A program made the translations under genes and the position numbers. This document shows, piece after piece, positions 16,831 to 27,559 of a stretch of DNA of 45,007 nucleotides. The notes below the pieces were generated by a model that did not search any database, had not been told where the DNA came from, and saw only the letters and a program-made list of their open reading frames with translations. The DNA is from a phage: assembly GCA_014469095.1 (NCBI GenBank), contig GCA_014469095.1_4330.1; one strand, given 5' to 3'. How positions within the stretch are numbered: the first letter of the stretch is position 1; each line of letters begins with the position of its first letter.

Positions 16831-17342
16831 TGGATTTCGAAGAGTTTCTACTTAAAGCTCATCTGCTGGCGCGTGGGTTTGACGCTGACCGTCTCCAGGT
16901 AGTCTTAGCCCCTGGAGTAGCTACGTTTTACCTGTGGGGGTTTGACGGTAGGCTTCGCGGATACCAGCATTACAAACCACATGCCGAAAAGAACTGTAAA
17001 AACCCTAAAGACGCGCGGTACTTTACCAGAACAACAAGGCCGTGTTTATGGGGGCTTGAGTATTTGCCGGAAAGCGGGGTGGTATTTGTTACCGAAAGCA
17101 TATTCAAAGCCGTAGCCTTGATGAATTGCGGGTTCAATGCTGTAAGCGCACTGGGGTCAAATATATCAACAGACCTACGGCAGCAAATGTCACTTTTGCC
17201 GTATGACTGGGTGTGCGCTGGCGACAATGATAAAGCTGGATTAAAGTTCAGCAAAACATTCACCAGAGGATTTGTATCTAACGACCTTGATGAACTTTGT
17301 GAAGAAGAAATAACGTATCTTGCGAGGAAATTTACCAGATGA
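16827..17342 (+). CDS. Toprim-like domain protein, 171 aa
   Basis: ORF track; conserved Glu in VFVTESIFKA and a DxD in CAGDNDKAG. Confidence 0.45.
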   Translation: MMDFEEFLLKAHLLARGFDADRLQVVLAPGVATFYLWGFDGRLRGYQHYKPHAEKNCKNPKDARYFTRTTRPCLWGLEYLPESGVVFVTESIFKAVALMNCGFNAVSALGSNISTDLRQQMSLLPYDWVCAGDNDKAGLKFSKTFTRGFVSNDLDELCEEEITYLARKFTR

Positions 17343-17476
17343 ACATCATAGCCCCAATTCCGGCATTGCAAAAACGTATCAAGGAACTCGAAGAAGAGGT
17401 TCTGCGGCTACGTCAGCAAAGAGACGCCGCTAATGCGCAACTGGCGTTTGTACTGGAGAAGTTATCAGAAGAGTAG
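17339..17476 (+). CDS. Small coiled-coil protein, 45 aa
   Basis: Absent from the track; start overlaps the upstream stop; heptad-like KRIKELEEEVLRLRQQRD. Confidence 0.35.
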   Translation: MNIIAPIPALQKRIKELEEEVLRLRQQRDAANAQLAFVLEKLSEE

Positions 17477-17480
17477 AGAA

Positions 17481-17507
17481 AAGGCCCCGTTTGGGGCCTT
17501 AGTTTTA
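17481..17507. terminator. Bidirectional intrinsic terminator (AAGGCCCC-N4-GGGGCCTT family)
   Basis: AAGGCCCC-GTTT-GGGGCCTT then AGTTTTA; separates the rightward early block from the leftward tail genes. Confidence 0.75.
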
Positions 17508-19490
17508 AGCCAACGACATTCGGGAGTTAGCGAAAGCTAAAGCCTGAGCCTGCGTCGTAAACTCAGCGATGAAGAAGTCACTAAATCTGATAACAGCACC
17601 TGAACCTCCCCCAGTAGAGACGTACAGACCTACAGTACCGTTAGCGGAAGCTTTACCCACCCCAAATGTGCTAATCCACTCACCAGACTTAGTATAAACG
17701 CTACCCATAGTAATACCTAACGTTATACTCACATCTGCTGTTCCTGATTGGAGGCGAGAGTTGACGCCCCACACGTACCATCTACCGGATGTAAGTGTCG
17801 TTCTTGACGCTACCATTTCATATAAACCGGGCCCAGGGAATGAAAATTCGGTACATGTAGCGGCGTGAAGTCCGTCAGATACAGTCGAACCGTTAACGGT
17901 ACCGCTACCAGAAAAATTATGGCGACCTGAGTCAAATGTGATAGCTTTTAACTTATTCCCCGTCGGCGTATTAAACACTCGTCCCCTTGTTAAATTTCCT
18001 CGTAGAGACAAGTTTGTAGTGGCTATCGTTGCGGATTGCGACGCGACAGACTCTACAATAACGTCCTTTCCAGAGCTGCCGTTTAAATACACGTCGTGGG
18101 CTACGATGGTGCTTTGTGCATCCACTACAATATCCTGATTACCATCGGCGTTGTCAAAACGGCAACCATAAGTTACTAAGTTGGAGTTGGATAGCTCGAT
18201 GTTATTGAGATAAGAATACTCAGCAAAGAATATCGCGGTGTCTACCAACTTGAGAACTCGCGGTTTTTGCGCCACGCCGTCTACCTGAACAGCCGATGAT
18301 GTTGCAATAGATCCCATCCATACATTGGATACCCCGCATGGAGATATAGGACAGTCACCTGATTTGCTTTTTAAATATATCCCGCCGCCTCCGGAAGCCT
18401 CAATAATGGAGTCTTTAAGCCACCATCCGCCTATCCCGCCGTTATCGACAGTGCCGTTTAGGTAGACGGCATAGGTGGAGATGCCGTCGAAGTGGATATT
18501 GTAGAGGGTATCGGCCCCGCAATGCATCTCTGAGCCACTAATCGCGTAATACCCCCAATCACACGTAGATACCCCAATATTTCTCCATGTATTACCGATG
18601 TTCCCGGAAGGCTTCTGAATGGCCTTGTTGATGTTGTGGATGTATAAATCACTAAAATTATGACGTCCGGAATATTGGTCTGACGGGTCAAAACTAATAC
18701 CTACGGCCCCAGTTGTACCTGTACCATCTACGGCAAAACCACCGCTGTGTCGAAACTGCCAGTGCGGGGTGGATAAATTAACCTGTACAGTATTTGCATA
18801 GTTTGCCGATGGTTTTAATATTGCAGCACCACCTACACCTTTTATCTGCTTACTACCCAGAGTGATTGCTTCTGTATACTCACCCGGAGAAACAATTAAG
18901 TCGTTTTTAGTTAACGACGCATCTACCGCGGCTTGAAGGGTAGAAAAGTCGCCAGAATGCTTAATATCATTGTTACGTGCAAGCAAACTCCTTTCGCCAC
19001 TGCCTATGTTCTTGGCACCTTCCGCGTCAGATAATGTTTCAACGGTGTTACCGTTGGAAAAAGACACCAGTGAAGCCCCTAAACCGGCGGTACTTGACGC
19101 CAAATCATTACGCAAATTTGGGTCTGTCTGCGGCTTCCAGTTAGCGTTACCGACTGGATTAAAACTCGCGGGAACAACAACCGGCAACGTACCCGCATAT
19201 GAGTACCACGTCTTGCTTACGGGGTCATACACCACTTTGTCGCGGCCATTAACTGTTAACGTACCGCCGGTGGAAAAGTCCCACGATACGGGAGAAAAAC
19301 CCGCGTCGCGCAACACGGCAGGAAGCGTCTTCTGCGTCTGCCCGGTAACCTGATTTGTTGCGTAATCAATGTCTGCACCCGTAGCTACACCGCCGGATTT
19401 GCCAGTGATAACCTCGGCCTCGAAAATCTGATGTTTCTTGGCGGTCTGTAAATCCGCCAGGCTTAAAACGTCACCGCATCCGCTTGACAT
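17505..19490 (-). CDS. Tail fibre / tailspike protein, probable beta-helix receptor-binding domain
   Basis: ORF track; last gene of the tail module, 661 aa, Gly/Ser/Thr/Asn-rich repetitive C-terminal two-thirds. Confidence 0.65.
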   Translation of the reverse strand: MSSGCGDVLSLADLQTAKKHQIFEAEVITGKSGGVATGADIDYATNQVTGQTQKTLPAVLRDAGFSPVSWDFSTGGTLTVNGRDKVVYDPVSKTWYSYAGTLPVVVPASFNPVGNANWKPQTDPNLRNDLASSTAGLGASLVSFSNGNTVETLSDAEGAKNIGSGERSLLARNNDIKHSGDFSTLQAAVDASLTKNDLIVSPGEYTEAITLGSKQIKGVGGAAILKPSANYANTVQVNLSTPHWQFRHSGGFAVDGTGTTGAVGISFDPSDQYSGRHNFSDLYIHNINKAIQKPSGNIGNTWRNIGVSTCDWGYYAISGSEMHCGADTLYNIHFDGISTYAVYLNGTVDNGGIGGWWLKDSIIEASGGGGIYLKSKSGDCPISPCGVSNVWMGSIATSSAVQVDGVAQKPRVLKLVDTAIFFAEYSYLNNIELSNSNLVTYGCRFDNADGNQDIVVDAQSTIVAHDVYLNGSSGKDVIVESVASQSATIATTNLSLRGNLTRGRVFNTPTGNKLKAITFDSGRHNFSGSGTVNGSTVSDGLHAATCTEFSFPGPGLYEMVASRTTLTSGRWYVWGVNSRLQSGTADVSITLGITMGSVYTKSGEWISTFGVGKASANGTVGLYVSTGGGSGAVIRFSDFFIAEFTTQAQALAFANSRMSLA

Positions 19491-19502
19491 ATAGAGTCCT
19501 CT

Positions 19503-22070
19503 TTAATTAAAACCATTGCTGAATCCGTCGGAGAAGCTGCTGCCGTATGGCGCGACGCCGTCGTATTTATAGAATCCGTCATCATAGTTGTAGCCCGTAA
19601 TCTTGACCGTGCGGTCGTCGCCGGGGTCGATTGAAGAAACAACTATCTTCTGAGCATTATGCCTTGCTTCGTTGCCGAATGAAAACTCAGTTTTTAGCGC
19701 ACTATTCCCCGTGTAGATTGCCTCCTCCGGCGCGGAGAGCATAATCACTTCGCGGTCGTGGCTTCCTTTGATAACAGAAATACTCTGCACAGAGCCGTCG
19801 CGCTTCTTAAGAATGATGGAATGGTCATCACCAGGAGTAAACGTAACAGGCTGAGACAGCGTCAGCGTAAGGCCATTGACGGCAACAACATAACCATCCT
19901 GCGGCGCGATACGCGAGCCTTTAACCACACTGATTACGCCGCCGGGAGTAGCGAGAGCGCCTTCTTCGGTAGCTTCGAACTCTACGACAACTTTACTTAA
20001 CGTGTTGCGCTGGTAGCGACGCCACGCCAGCCAGTACGCTTGCTGATAGTTACGTACACCCTTCGATTCGTACTCCTCGGTGTTCGCGCCGAGTTCTTCC
20101 GGGATATAAATCGTCTCCTGTACGTTTGTATCCGGGTCAATGTACGAGAACGACAGGCTATCGTAGGTTGTCGAATCGTTGAACGTGCGCGTCCATTTCT
20201 CCGTACCGGTCGTTTTGCTGCGGTGGGTGAAAACCATCTCAGGCCCCGCAACAGGACGGTCGAATCGCAGCATAATATCAGCACCTTTACGGTATGCCGT
20301 ACAAAACACGGCTTCCGCGATGGTCTGAACGATGTCTTGCATGGTTGTGTCGTAGTCGTCGAATGTGTAGCAGAACTGCCCGGCTAATTCACTGTCAAAA
20401 TACGACTCAATTTCTTCCTGCACGGCAAGTAACTTGTCCATATTTGCCGTTGTCAGTTCCAGATTACCCACCACAGGGTCACGCGCCAGCCTGATTAGCG
20501 ACTGCACGGCCTGGGTGTTCGGTGTCATTACCGTATCGAATACGCCGTTACCTAAGTATTTGTAGCACATCTCGGTTGCAATCATGCGCAGTTCCGGTTC
20601 GGACACCTCGGCTGCACGTGGGGTTTGTTTACGGGCGCAGTGTACGGTAGTACGGTTGCCGTAGTGGGGGGTTGTGTCCAGCGACTGCCCATACAGATTA
20701 GTGAAAGTAACCTCGTCGCTAACAGTACCTTCAAAATCTTTATCGGTGTCCGAAACACGACGCATACGGGCGCGGAATCTGGAAGCAGTTGGTAAACTTC
20801 CGTAAAGAGTAATCCCTGTGTAATCCGTGTTCCGGCCTGTTACGGTTCCTCGTACGGTAAATATGTCACCTACAGGCTGTTTCAATTCATCTACCATCTG
20901 GTATTGCAGTTCGACTGTCACTGAAGCGCGGTTATAGTCGCCGTTGTATTTGTACATGCCGTTGCTGGCAGCCACATTGGCTACAACACGGTCGACGGTT
21001 CCGCGGGTGATGTACGCCCATCCAGAGAGGGAAGCCGCGTAAGTATCCGCCGGGCCTATAAGATGGTTGCCCTCTTCACCTATAAACCATACAGATGTTC
21101 CTAGCTGGTTCCATATTGATTGATTTGTACTGACGTCCACAATAAGGGTCGTTTCACTAACAGAAAGAACCGTGTACCTCCCGTCCAGGTTAACCTCATT
21201 ACCCAAAGACCCTGGGGTTGTATCTGCATATACGTTATCGAAGTATGCCAGGCCCCCGACCGCCAAAAACTCATCGAAACCAGCGTCATCGCCTACTACA
21301 ACGCCGGTTGTTCCCTGCCGCTGGACAGTGTAGTCCTGCACGTCTATAGCGATATCATTAGGGGCGGGAAGAACAGCGCCATCGACATCGGCGTTTTTAA
21401 ATGTAACGTACAATTTCTGGTCTATAGGGTCGCCGATATGCAATTGTGGTGTGCTGGTGTTATTCGGCGAAGTGTAAGGAGAATACACCGTCACCGACGA
21501 GCCAGTTATCTCGCTGATTCGGGTATCTGCCTCAGTTACACCGTCTTCCTCAATATGCAGATACCCTCGACCGGCGTCATAGTACGCATATTCAATAAGC
21601 GCCCCCGTGGCGTTAAACACCTTATACGTCTGCATCAGGTCATTGGGTATAGTCTGCACTGTCCCGCAGATGTCATAAGAACGTTCATAAGGACGTGGCT
21701 TGTTCGAGCGGTCAGTAAGACTGTTGTTAGGCGACGTAGCCTGATTGTTGGTAGCGGAATAATTAGCGTTAGCTGCTGTGTTTAGCCCGAACAATTTGGC
21801 GATTGGCTTAAGGATGAAACTGAATACACTCCCGATGGCGTCGCCAATGCCGCCGCCAGCGCCCTCAATAATGTGGTACACGGCGTCCTCGTCTTTGAGC
21901 GCGTCGAAGTCGTCTGTAACATCAGTATCATCACCAATCTCGCCAAGATAGACGCGTACCGGAACGCCGTCCGGGATACGGTTAACGACAAACTCCATCG
22001 GCATCCCGACGTGTTTTGTACGGTCGAAAGCGCCTTCAGCGTTTCGCGTGTAGTGCAGGATTATCGCCAA
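19503..22070 (-). CDS. Tail tip / host-specificity protein, lambda J-like
   Basis: ORF track; 855 aa, located between the K-like protein and the tail fibre; TTG start. Confidence 0.65.
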   Translation of the reverse strand: MAIILHYTRNAEGAFDRTKHVGMPMEFVVNRIPDGVPVRVYLGEIGDDTDVTDDFDALKDEDAVYHIIEGAGGGIGDAIGSVFSFILKPIAKLFGLNTAANANYSATNNQATSPNNSLTDRSNKPRPYERSYDICGTVQTIPNDLMQTYKVFNATGALIEYAYYDAGRGYLHIEEDGVTEADTRISEITGSSVTVYSPYTSPNNTSTPQLHIGDPIDQKLYVTFKNADVDGAVLPAPNDIAIDVQDYTVQRQGTTGVVVGDDAGFDEFLAVGGLAYFDNVYADTTPGSLGNEVNLDGRYTVLSVSETTLIVDVSTNQSIWNQLGTSVWFIGEEGNHLIGPADTYAASLSGWAYITRGTVDRVVANVAASNGMYKYNGDYNRASVTVELQYQMVDELKQPVGDIFTVRGTVTGRNTDYTGITLYGSLPTASRFRARMRRVSDTDKDFEGTVSDEVTFTNLYGQSLDTTPHYGNRTTVHCARKQTPRAAEVSEPELRMIATEMCYKYLGNGVFDTVMTPNTQAVQSLIRLARDPVVGNLELTTANMDKLLAVQEEIESYFDSELAGQFCYTFDDYDTTMQDIVQTIAEAVFCTAYRKGADIMLRFDRPVAGPEMVFTHRSKTTGTEKWTRTFNDSTTYDSLSFSYIDPDTNVQETIYIPEELGANTEEYESKGVRNYQQAYWLAWRRYQRNTLSKVVVEFEATEEGALATPGGVISVVKGSRIAPQDGYVVAVNGLTLTLSQPVTFTPGDDHSIILKKRDGSVQSISVIKGSHDREVIMLSAPEEAIYTGNSALKTEFSFGNEARHNAQKIVVSSIDPGDDRTVKITGYNYDDGFYKYDGVAPYGSSFSDGFSNGFN

Positions 22071-22426
22071 AATTCAATCTCCGTGTACGTGTCTCTGAGG
22101 TCCACCAGCCTGTCAAGCCGTACCTGACGGGATGCAAGCTCGCAATGACTCACCATCCCGTCGAAGTAAACTCCAGCGTGCCACACGATACGACCCCCGC
22201 GGCGATAACCCATAAGCACCGCGCAGAAGTTTTCAGGCTTATCAATTTTTGTAAGCCCCTTCGTGTCACGGTGGCCTTCGTCAAACGCTTCGTTAATTGC
22301 CGTTGGGCTTGTAACGTCGAACGCAGGGGTTTCTAACCCGGCATCCGCGCGGACAATGCGCACGTGATGCCAGCAATTGCGCTTGCGAAAGTCGTAAGGT
22401 ATGCCCGTGTAGTCGTTAATATTCAT
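22061..22426 (-). CDS. Tail assembly protein, NlpC/P60-like (lambda K-like)
   Basis: ORF track; Cys/His pattern NCWHHV...WHAGVY...SHC. Confidence 0.55.
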   Translation of the reverse strand: MNINDYTGIPYDFRKRNCWHHVRIVRADAGLETPAFDVTSPTAINEAFDEGHRDTKGLTKIDKPENFCAVLMGYRRGGRIVWHAGVYFDGMVSHCELASRQVRLDRLVDLRDTYTEIEFWR

Positions 22427-22938
22427 GTGGTCAACAGGCCGCGTAATAACGGTATCTCTTTAGGTGTCATCAGTATACCAGTGCTTCGCTGGTTCAGCAT
22501 AGGTGTACCAACATCCGCGGAGAACTCGCCCTTCTCCTGGTTGATGGCCTGCAACTCATACATGACAGGACCGTCAGCCGGATAAGACAGGTCTGTGCTG
22601 ACGTAACGACGGAAGACGAACTTCGGCAACTCGGTGTTACTCATAGGGATTTTATCCATCTCATCGTCAAGTTGATTGAGAATATCCGGTAAAGTAAACG
22701 TAGTCGTCTGGTCCATATCACTGTTGTTAGCCGCCCCCGACGCCTCCATCGGGGTTGGCTCGAACGTGATAATTTCGCCTGTCTCCAGTGTTGCCGTGAG
22801 TTCCTGTAACCCGCGCACAAGATAGTACGTCTTAGACAGCAACGGGTGGCTGATTTGCAACGTGATGTAGTCCATCTCGCCGTCGGGGTTGGAGGCCAGC
22901 TTACGGCGATAGGCGGCTTCTACTGATTCCTGGCTCAT
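22423..22938 (-). CDS. Minor tail protein
   Basis: ORF track; position between distal tail protein and K-like protein. Confidence 0.5.
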   Translation of the reverse strand: MSQESVEAAYRRKLASNPDGEMDYITLQISHPLLSKTYYLVRGLQELTATLETGEIITFEPTPMEASGAANNSDMDQTTTFTLPDILNQLDDEMDKIPMSNTELPKFVFRRYVSTDLSYPADGPVMYELQAINQEKGEFSADVGTPMLNQRSTGILMTPKEIPLLRGLLTT

Positions 22939-22941
22939 AAG

Positions 22942-24339
22942 TTAACTGTCCACATTAAAATCAATACGGGTGATGTACTTGCTTCCCCACGCAGAGTCTG
23001 CTTGAGGGATGGCGGCGTAACCGTCAACAGACGGAACGTTTACCACAGAGCCGTCTGAATATGTAATATCAATGCTTGTTGCACCGTTCATTACTACTTT
23101 TGCCGATGCCGTCGTTCGGGTTACCGGTGACGATTCGGTTACTATTGGCGACGTGGCAAAAGGTGATTTTTCTATTTGCATCGCGCACACTAATATCCCA
23201 CTAACCCCGTCACCGACAAATGAACCAACGGCGGAGTTGTTGTACACCCATGACGCTAAAAGCAGAGAAGATGCGCCGCCCTGGCGTATAGCTACCGTTT
23301 CTGTAAATCGATACCAACCATCGCCAAGCTCTGCTATATCGCTGCCGGGGGTGCCCGCGTAAATAACCCCTGTCGATAAGTTAGCAACACAATCCGCGAT
23401 AAACCCAGCATCATCAGCGGCGCGAAGTCTCGCATAATTATAACCATATGCCTTAGCAACGTAACTGAGAGTGTATACATCACCCTCCGCAAAAGCGGAA
23501 GACACCGATTGATATACGAGATGGCTGTCGTTTGTCTGGTTCGGGACTAGCGAGAACGTACCACCGTTTAGAAATCCGTCAACTGCATCCGACACTGTTG
23601 CTCTAGTTTTAGTCCACGATGCGTCAGATAATTTCGACGATTTAATCAGGATATTACTGGACGCGGATTCCGGCGGAACACGTCCAACAGCAACCCCATC
23701 AATAAACGTAAGAGGCCATTCATTAGCGGCGGACTGCACAAGATTGCCGTTGCGGTTGATGTAGTAAACCTGTGGCCCATCGTAAACAATGCGGCTATCA
23801 AGAGTCGACGCCAGAAGGTTAATCGGCGGATACCCGGCAGGCCATTCATTGCTCCAGATGCGCGGGAACGTAGTTTCGTAGTTCGCGTATATTTTCAGGA
23901 AACTACCCAGACAATCCCCGTAACAACCGTACAAATCTGGAAGATTGTTAATCAGGCACTGGTTCTCTTGGTCCTGGAACGGCGATTTCTCGGCGGTTGC
24001 CGTGAAGGTAATCGTCCAGTTAATGCCGTCTTCGGTGGACTCCGCGATGGTGGATGTAATTGTTACCTGGTAATCCTCAATGCCCATGCCGAAGTCGTGC
24101 GCCATCCAGAAACTTGACGCACCGCCGTCTACTTTTTCGAGGAACGACAGAAACGCCTGTCGCCCCATTGCGGATGTAATCAGGGTTACGCTAACAGGGA
24201 ACACGTCGTAATACGTGTCACGGCCCTGACGCACCCCGCCACCGGCTAAATCTACACTCCAGACGTTGTTACGTCTGGTCATTGAGTAGCCTTTTGATAC
24301 CACCGGCTTAAGGCTACGTGGAAAGTATAAGTCGCTCAT
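22942..24339 (-). CDS. Distal/minor tail protein
   Basis: ORF track; 465 aa immediately after the tape measure gene. Confidence 0.55.
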   Translation of the reverse strand: MSDLYFPRSLKPVVSKGYSMTRRNNVWSVDLAGGGVRQGRDTYYDVFPVSVTLITSAMGRQAFLSFLEKVDGGASSFWMAHDFGMGIEDYQVTITSTIAESTEDGINWTITFTATAEKSPFQDQENQCLINNLPDLYGCYGDCLGSFLKIYANYETTFPRIWSNEWPAGYPPINLLASTLDSRIVYDGPQVYYINRNGNLVQSAANEWPLTFIDGVAVGRVPPESASSNILIKSSKLSDASWTKTRATVSDAVDGFLNGGTFSLVPNQTNDSHLVYQSVSSAFAEGDVYTLSYVAKAYGYNYARLRAADDAGFIADCVANLSTGVIYAGTPGSDIAELGDGWYRFTETVAIRQGGASSLLLASWVYNNSAVGSFVGDGVSGILVCAMQIEKSPFATSPIVTESSPVTRTTASAKVVMNGATSIDITYSDGSVVNVPSVDGYAAIPQADSAWGSKYITRIDFNVDS

Positions 24340-26678
24340 TATTTAAACCCCGGCGCGTTTCTTGTGGCCCTGCGGGCCTTGCTAATCTTACTATTACTGT
24401 TCTGCAAAGAGGCAGCTACCTGCTCCTCGATGATGATACGCAAACGGCCTTCATCATCTTGCTCAGTGGATACGTTGCCGATTTGAGAACTCGTGTTGTT
24501 TACGATAGTAACATTAGACGGTCCGGAAGAAGACCCGTTTTGCCCCATAATTTCTTTCATCTGCTGTGCGGTGCGTACACGTGACGCACCAGCGGGCATG
24601 ATAACTTCTGGTTTACCGCGTTCGGCGATGGTTGAAGCCTGCCCCGCGGATAACTGTCCGCCCTGTTCACGTGCGGACCTGATAGCGGAAATCTGCGCCA
24701 TGCCCGCCCCAACGGCAGCAGCGGCAGCTACAGGAGCCAGGAACGGGCCAACTACAGGGATAGCCGCTGTTGACTTATACGCCTCAATAGCCGCGGTGTA
24801 CGTGGCTATAGTGGCCTGCACGATAGCGAATGCCTTGTACGCGCCAGAAGCCTCGCCCAAAGCCGAACCGATGTTTGAGGCCATGTTACCGAAGGCCGTT
24901 GCCGTTGCGTCGGCACGCTTCGTGGCGTACTGCTCGTTGATGGCATTAAGCGCAGCCTGATACTGCTTCTCACTAATCAAACCCTGCTCGCGGTACTTAT
25001 CTGCTACCGACAGTTTCTGCTGTTCCTGAATGTTGAGAAGCTCAAGCTCAGCGGCGTTCTGACCCATAATCTGAGTCATGAAGTCTTCACCTTTCTGCTG
25101 CTTCTCCTGGGCTTCTTTCCTTTTCTTGTCCAGTTCTTCCTGGCGGGCCTGTTCGGCAGAGAGCATAATCTGCGTCTTGGCGTTTTCGTACTGCTGGTCG
25201 CTAAGAAGCTGATTGCCGTAAAACTCCTGTAGCTTGGTTAACTGCTGTTCCTGGTTGGCTTCTATTTTCTGGAATACATCATCATTGAGATGAATTGACT
25301 GATAGTAGAAATCCTCCGCGGCTTTCTTCTGGCGCTCGAACGCATCCGCTGCTTTCTTAGCGGCTTTTGCACCCGCGCTATCATCTTCAGATCCGCCGCC
25401 GGTACCAGTTACCTTAAATTTACTAAGCCCTTCTTCCTTAGCGGCTTCTTTGTCGATGTCATACGCTGCGCGTTTAAGCGCGACGATATTTTGCAGAGCT
25501 TCTACCTGTTCGCGGAAACTTTTACGCGTAACGTCGGCGACATCGCGCTGGGTATCCAAAGCCATGCCAAGCTGGAAGTTGATATTTTTAGCTACGTCTA
25601 CTGATTCCCCGGGGGTAAAAGCGGCGCGTACAAGACGGCCAGCGTCCTGAGCACCTTTAACCATATCTTCAAAGAATCTCTCCATCGCGGTGAACTCTTC
25701 CGCGATGAAGTCAAGAGCATCGGCGGCGGATTCAGCGATGGTGGTGGCCGTTTGTTCTCCGCTATCGGTAATACTCTTGCTGCTGAAATCCCACAGTTCA
25801 TTAAGCCCGTTGATGGCATCACCAACAAAGCCAAACGCAGCGTCGAATGACATCTCGATAGCGCTTCCTACTTCCGACGCTATGTCGCCCCACATCTGCA
25901 TTTCAGCGGCTAATTCACCGGAAGCAACAGACGCGTTTAATTCCTGGATCAAGTCATTGATATACCTGATAGGTTCCGCAAGTGCGCCAACATCAAGACT
26001 GGTGGCAAGCGTCATTTTTAGCTGCGACCATGAGTCACTGGCGCTCGCGATAGCGCCATTAAGGGTGTTGGCCTGGTCCGCCATGGCACCGGCAAAATTT
26101 ACGTTACCAATATTAAGTAAATACTGCTCAATATCGGCAGCGCTTTTCTTAACTACGGTTGTTGTCCCCTGGAATGTAAACTCTACGTCGTTTTTGTTCT
26201 GCTTGGCTTTGATGCCGAATTCTTTTAGGCGTTCGAACTCAAACGTACTGGCGTCGGCTACCGCCTCAATCATCTGATTAAGGTCCTTGCCCATAGCCGA
26301 TGCGGTATTGCCGTAGGACCGCAACGCCTCCTCGGATGGGGTAAGGCCAAGGGCCACCAGCTTACGGAAGCCTTCCACCGCCTGCTCCAGTCCGTATGGG
26401 GTATCGCGGGCAAAATCTTGCAGGATACTTAGCGCCTGTTTAGCACCTTGGGTACTTCCTGTTAAGGTCTTCAAACTGGCGGACATCTTGTCCAGTTGCC
26501 GCTGTGAGTCAACCAGTTCTTGGGCAGCTTTATACGCGGTAGCCGCTACGATAGAAGCAAGGCCTGCTACGGCGGCCCCCGCTACTTTTGCGGACTTTGA
26601 AAGGTTGTCAAGACGGTCTGATGTGGCTTTCGCGCCTTGCTCTGTTACTTTTACTACTAAACTAGCTACATCAGCCAT
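24339..26678 (-). CDS. Tail tape measure protein
   Basis: ORF track; 779 aa, Ala/Gln/Glu-rich helical sequence, follows the two chaperone genes. Confidence 0.8.
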   Translation of the reverse strand: MADVASLVVKVTEQGAKATSDRLDNLSKSAKVAGAAVAGLASIVAATAYKAAQELVDSQRQLDKMSASLKTLTGSTQGAKQALSILQDFARDTPYGLEQAVEGFRKLVALGLTPSEEALRSYGNTASAMGKDLNQMIEAVADASTFEFERLKEFGIKAKQNKNDVEFTFQGTTTVVKKSAADIEQYLLNIGNVNFAGAMADQANTLNGAIASASDSWSQLKMTLATSLDVGALAEPIRYINDLIQELNASVASGELAAEMQMWGDIASEVGSAIEMSFDAAFGFVGDAINGLNELWDFSSKSITDSGEQTATTIAESAADALDFIAEEFTAMERFFEDMVKGAQDAGRLVRAAFTPGESVDVAKNINFQLGMALDTQRDVADVTRKSFREQVEALQNIVALKRAAYDIDKEAAKEEGLSKFKVTGTGGGSEDDSAGAKAAKKAADAFERQKKAAEDFYYQSIHLNDDVFQKIEANQEQQLTKLQEFYGNQLLSDQQYENAKTQIMLSAEQARQEELDKKRKEAQEKQQKGEDFMTQIMGQNAAELELLNIQEQQKLSVADKYREQGLISEKQYQAALNAINEQYATKRADATATAFGNMASNIGSALGEASGAYKAFAIVQATIATYTAAIEAYKSTAAIPVVGPFLAPVAAAAAVGAGMAQISAIRSAREQGGQLSAGQASTIAERGKPEVIMPAGASRVRTAQQMKEIMGQNGSSSGPSNVTIVNNTSSQIGNVSTEQDDEGRLRIIIEEQVAASLQNSNSKISKARRATRNAPGFK

Positions 26679-27030
26679 CGTTTCTACCCTCGAAAATAGC
26701 GTCTAAGCTCATGATGATGTCGGATTCGAACATCCCTATATTCTGGCCTGAAACGGTGCTGTACGCCACTAAATCTGACCATCGTAATTGCTCGCGCGGG
26801 TACATCTTGATGCCGTCGTCGTCCACTCGGCGGGTGAATTTAATTTCCCTGTACTTCTCAAATGTGGTTAGTAGCTCAGGGGGGCATTCCGGCCCAGCGG
26901 CCTGCGTTGCATCCGGCGCGTCTTGCATAACCCCCATAGCAATTAGCGCGGCTTTATGCCCATCGGCGATACTGTCAAATTCCCGCCGTTTGTGGCGGGT
27001 TATGAAGTTCCAACGGGCGAACTGGAGCAA
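26671..27030 (-). CDS. Tail assembly chaperone, distal segment (possible frameshift partner)
   Basis: ORF track; lies in the -1 frame relative to 27036..27452 and overlaps the tape measure start. Confidence 0.5.
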   Translation of the reverse strand: MLQFARWNFITRHKRREFDSIADGHKAALIAMGVMQDAPDATQAAGPECPPELLTTFEKYREIKFTRRVDDDGIKMYPREQLRWSDLVAYSTVSGQNIGMFESDIIMSLDAIFEGRNDG

Positions 27031-27035
27031 CGCGT

Positions 27036-27452
27036 CTACTTTTCCTGTAGCTGGTGCAGTTGTTCGTTATGAAACACAACAACAAGTTCCGCGAGTCGTT
27101 TATATTGCGTCAGGAGTGTGTTCAGATTCTCTTTATTGAATTCGTCGTCAAGGCTCCACCCGTTAACCAATTCAATCGCTAACTGACGGTTAAGGTCCGT
27201 CGCCGCGTCTTCCATCTTCAGGTTGTATTCAGAGAAATCTTTCATCTCTTCGCACTTATCACGAAGCGGTTTTAATTTCCCTAATACTGCCCGGTATGCA
27301 AGGGTGAACGCGCGCATAGCCTTAACGGCAACGTCCGCCTCAGGAGAAACAACATTAAGCCATTCCCCGGAATCAGTACCGTCTTTTAGCGGTATCGGCA
27401 TACGTGCGCCCTTTTCGGCTTCCGCTTCGTAATAAAAATCAGAAAGTTTCAT
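27036..27452 (-). CDS. Tail assembly chaperone (lambda G-like)
   Basis: ORF track; acidic 138-aa protein between the major tail region and the tape measure. Confidence 0.55.
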   Translation of the reverse strand: MKLSDFYYEAEAEKGARMPIPLKDGTDSGEWLNVVSPEADVAVKAMRAFTLAYRAVLGKLKPLRDKCEEMKDFSEYNLKMEDAATDLNRQLAIELVNGWSLDDEFNKENLNTLLTQYKRLAELVVVFHNEQLHQLQEK

Positions 27453-27559
27453 TCTTTAATCCTTTGGTTAAGAGGTTACTGGTTAAAGGAAATGCGCCAG
27501 ACGGGAACCACCCGCTTTTCGTGTGCGACACTAGGCGCAAAATTATTCTAGCACACTAC

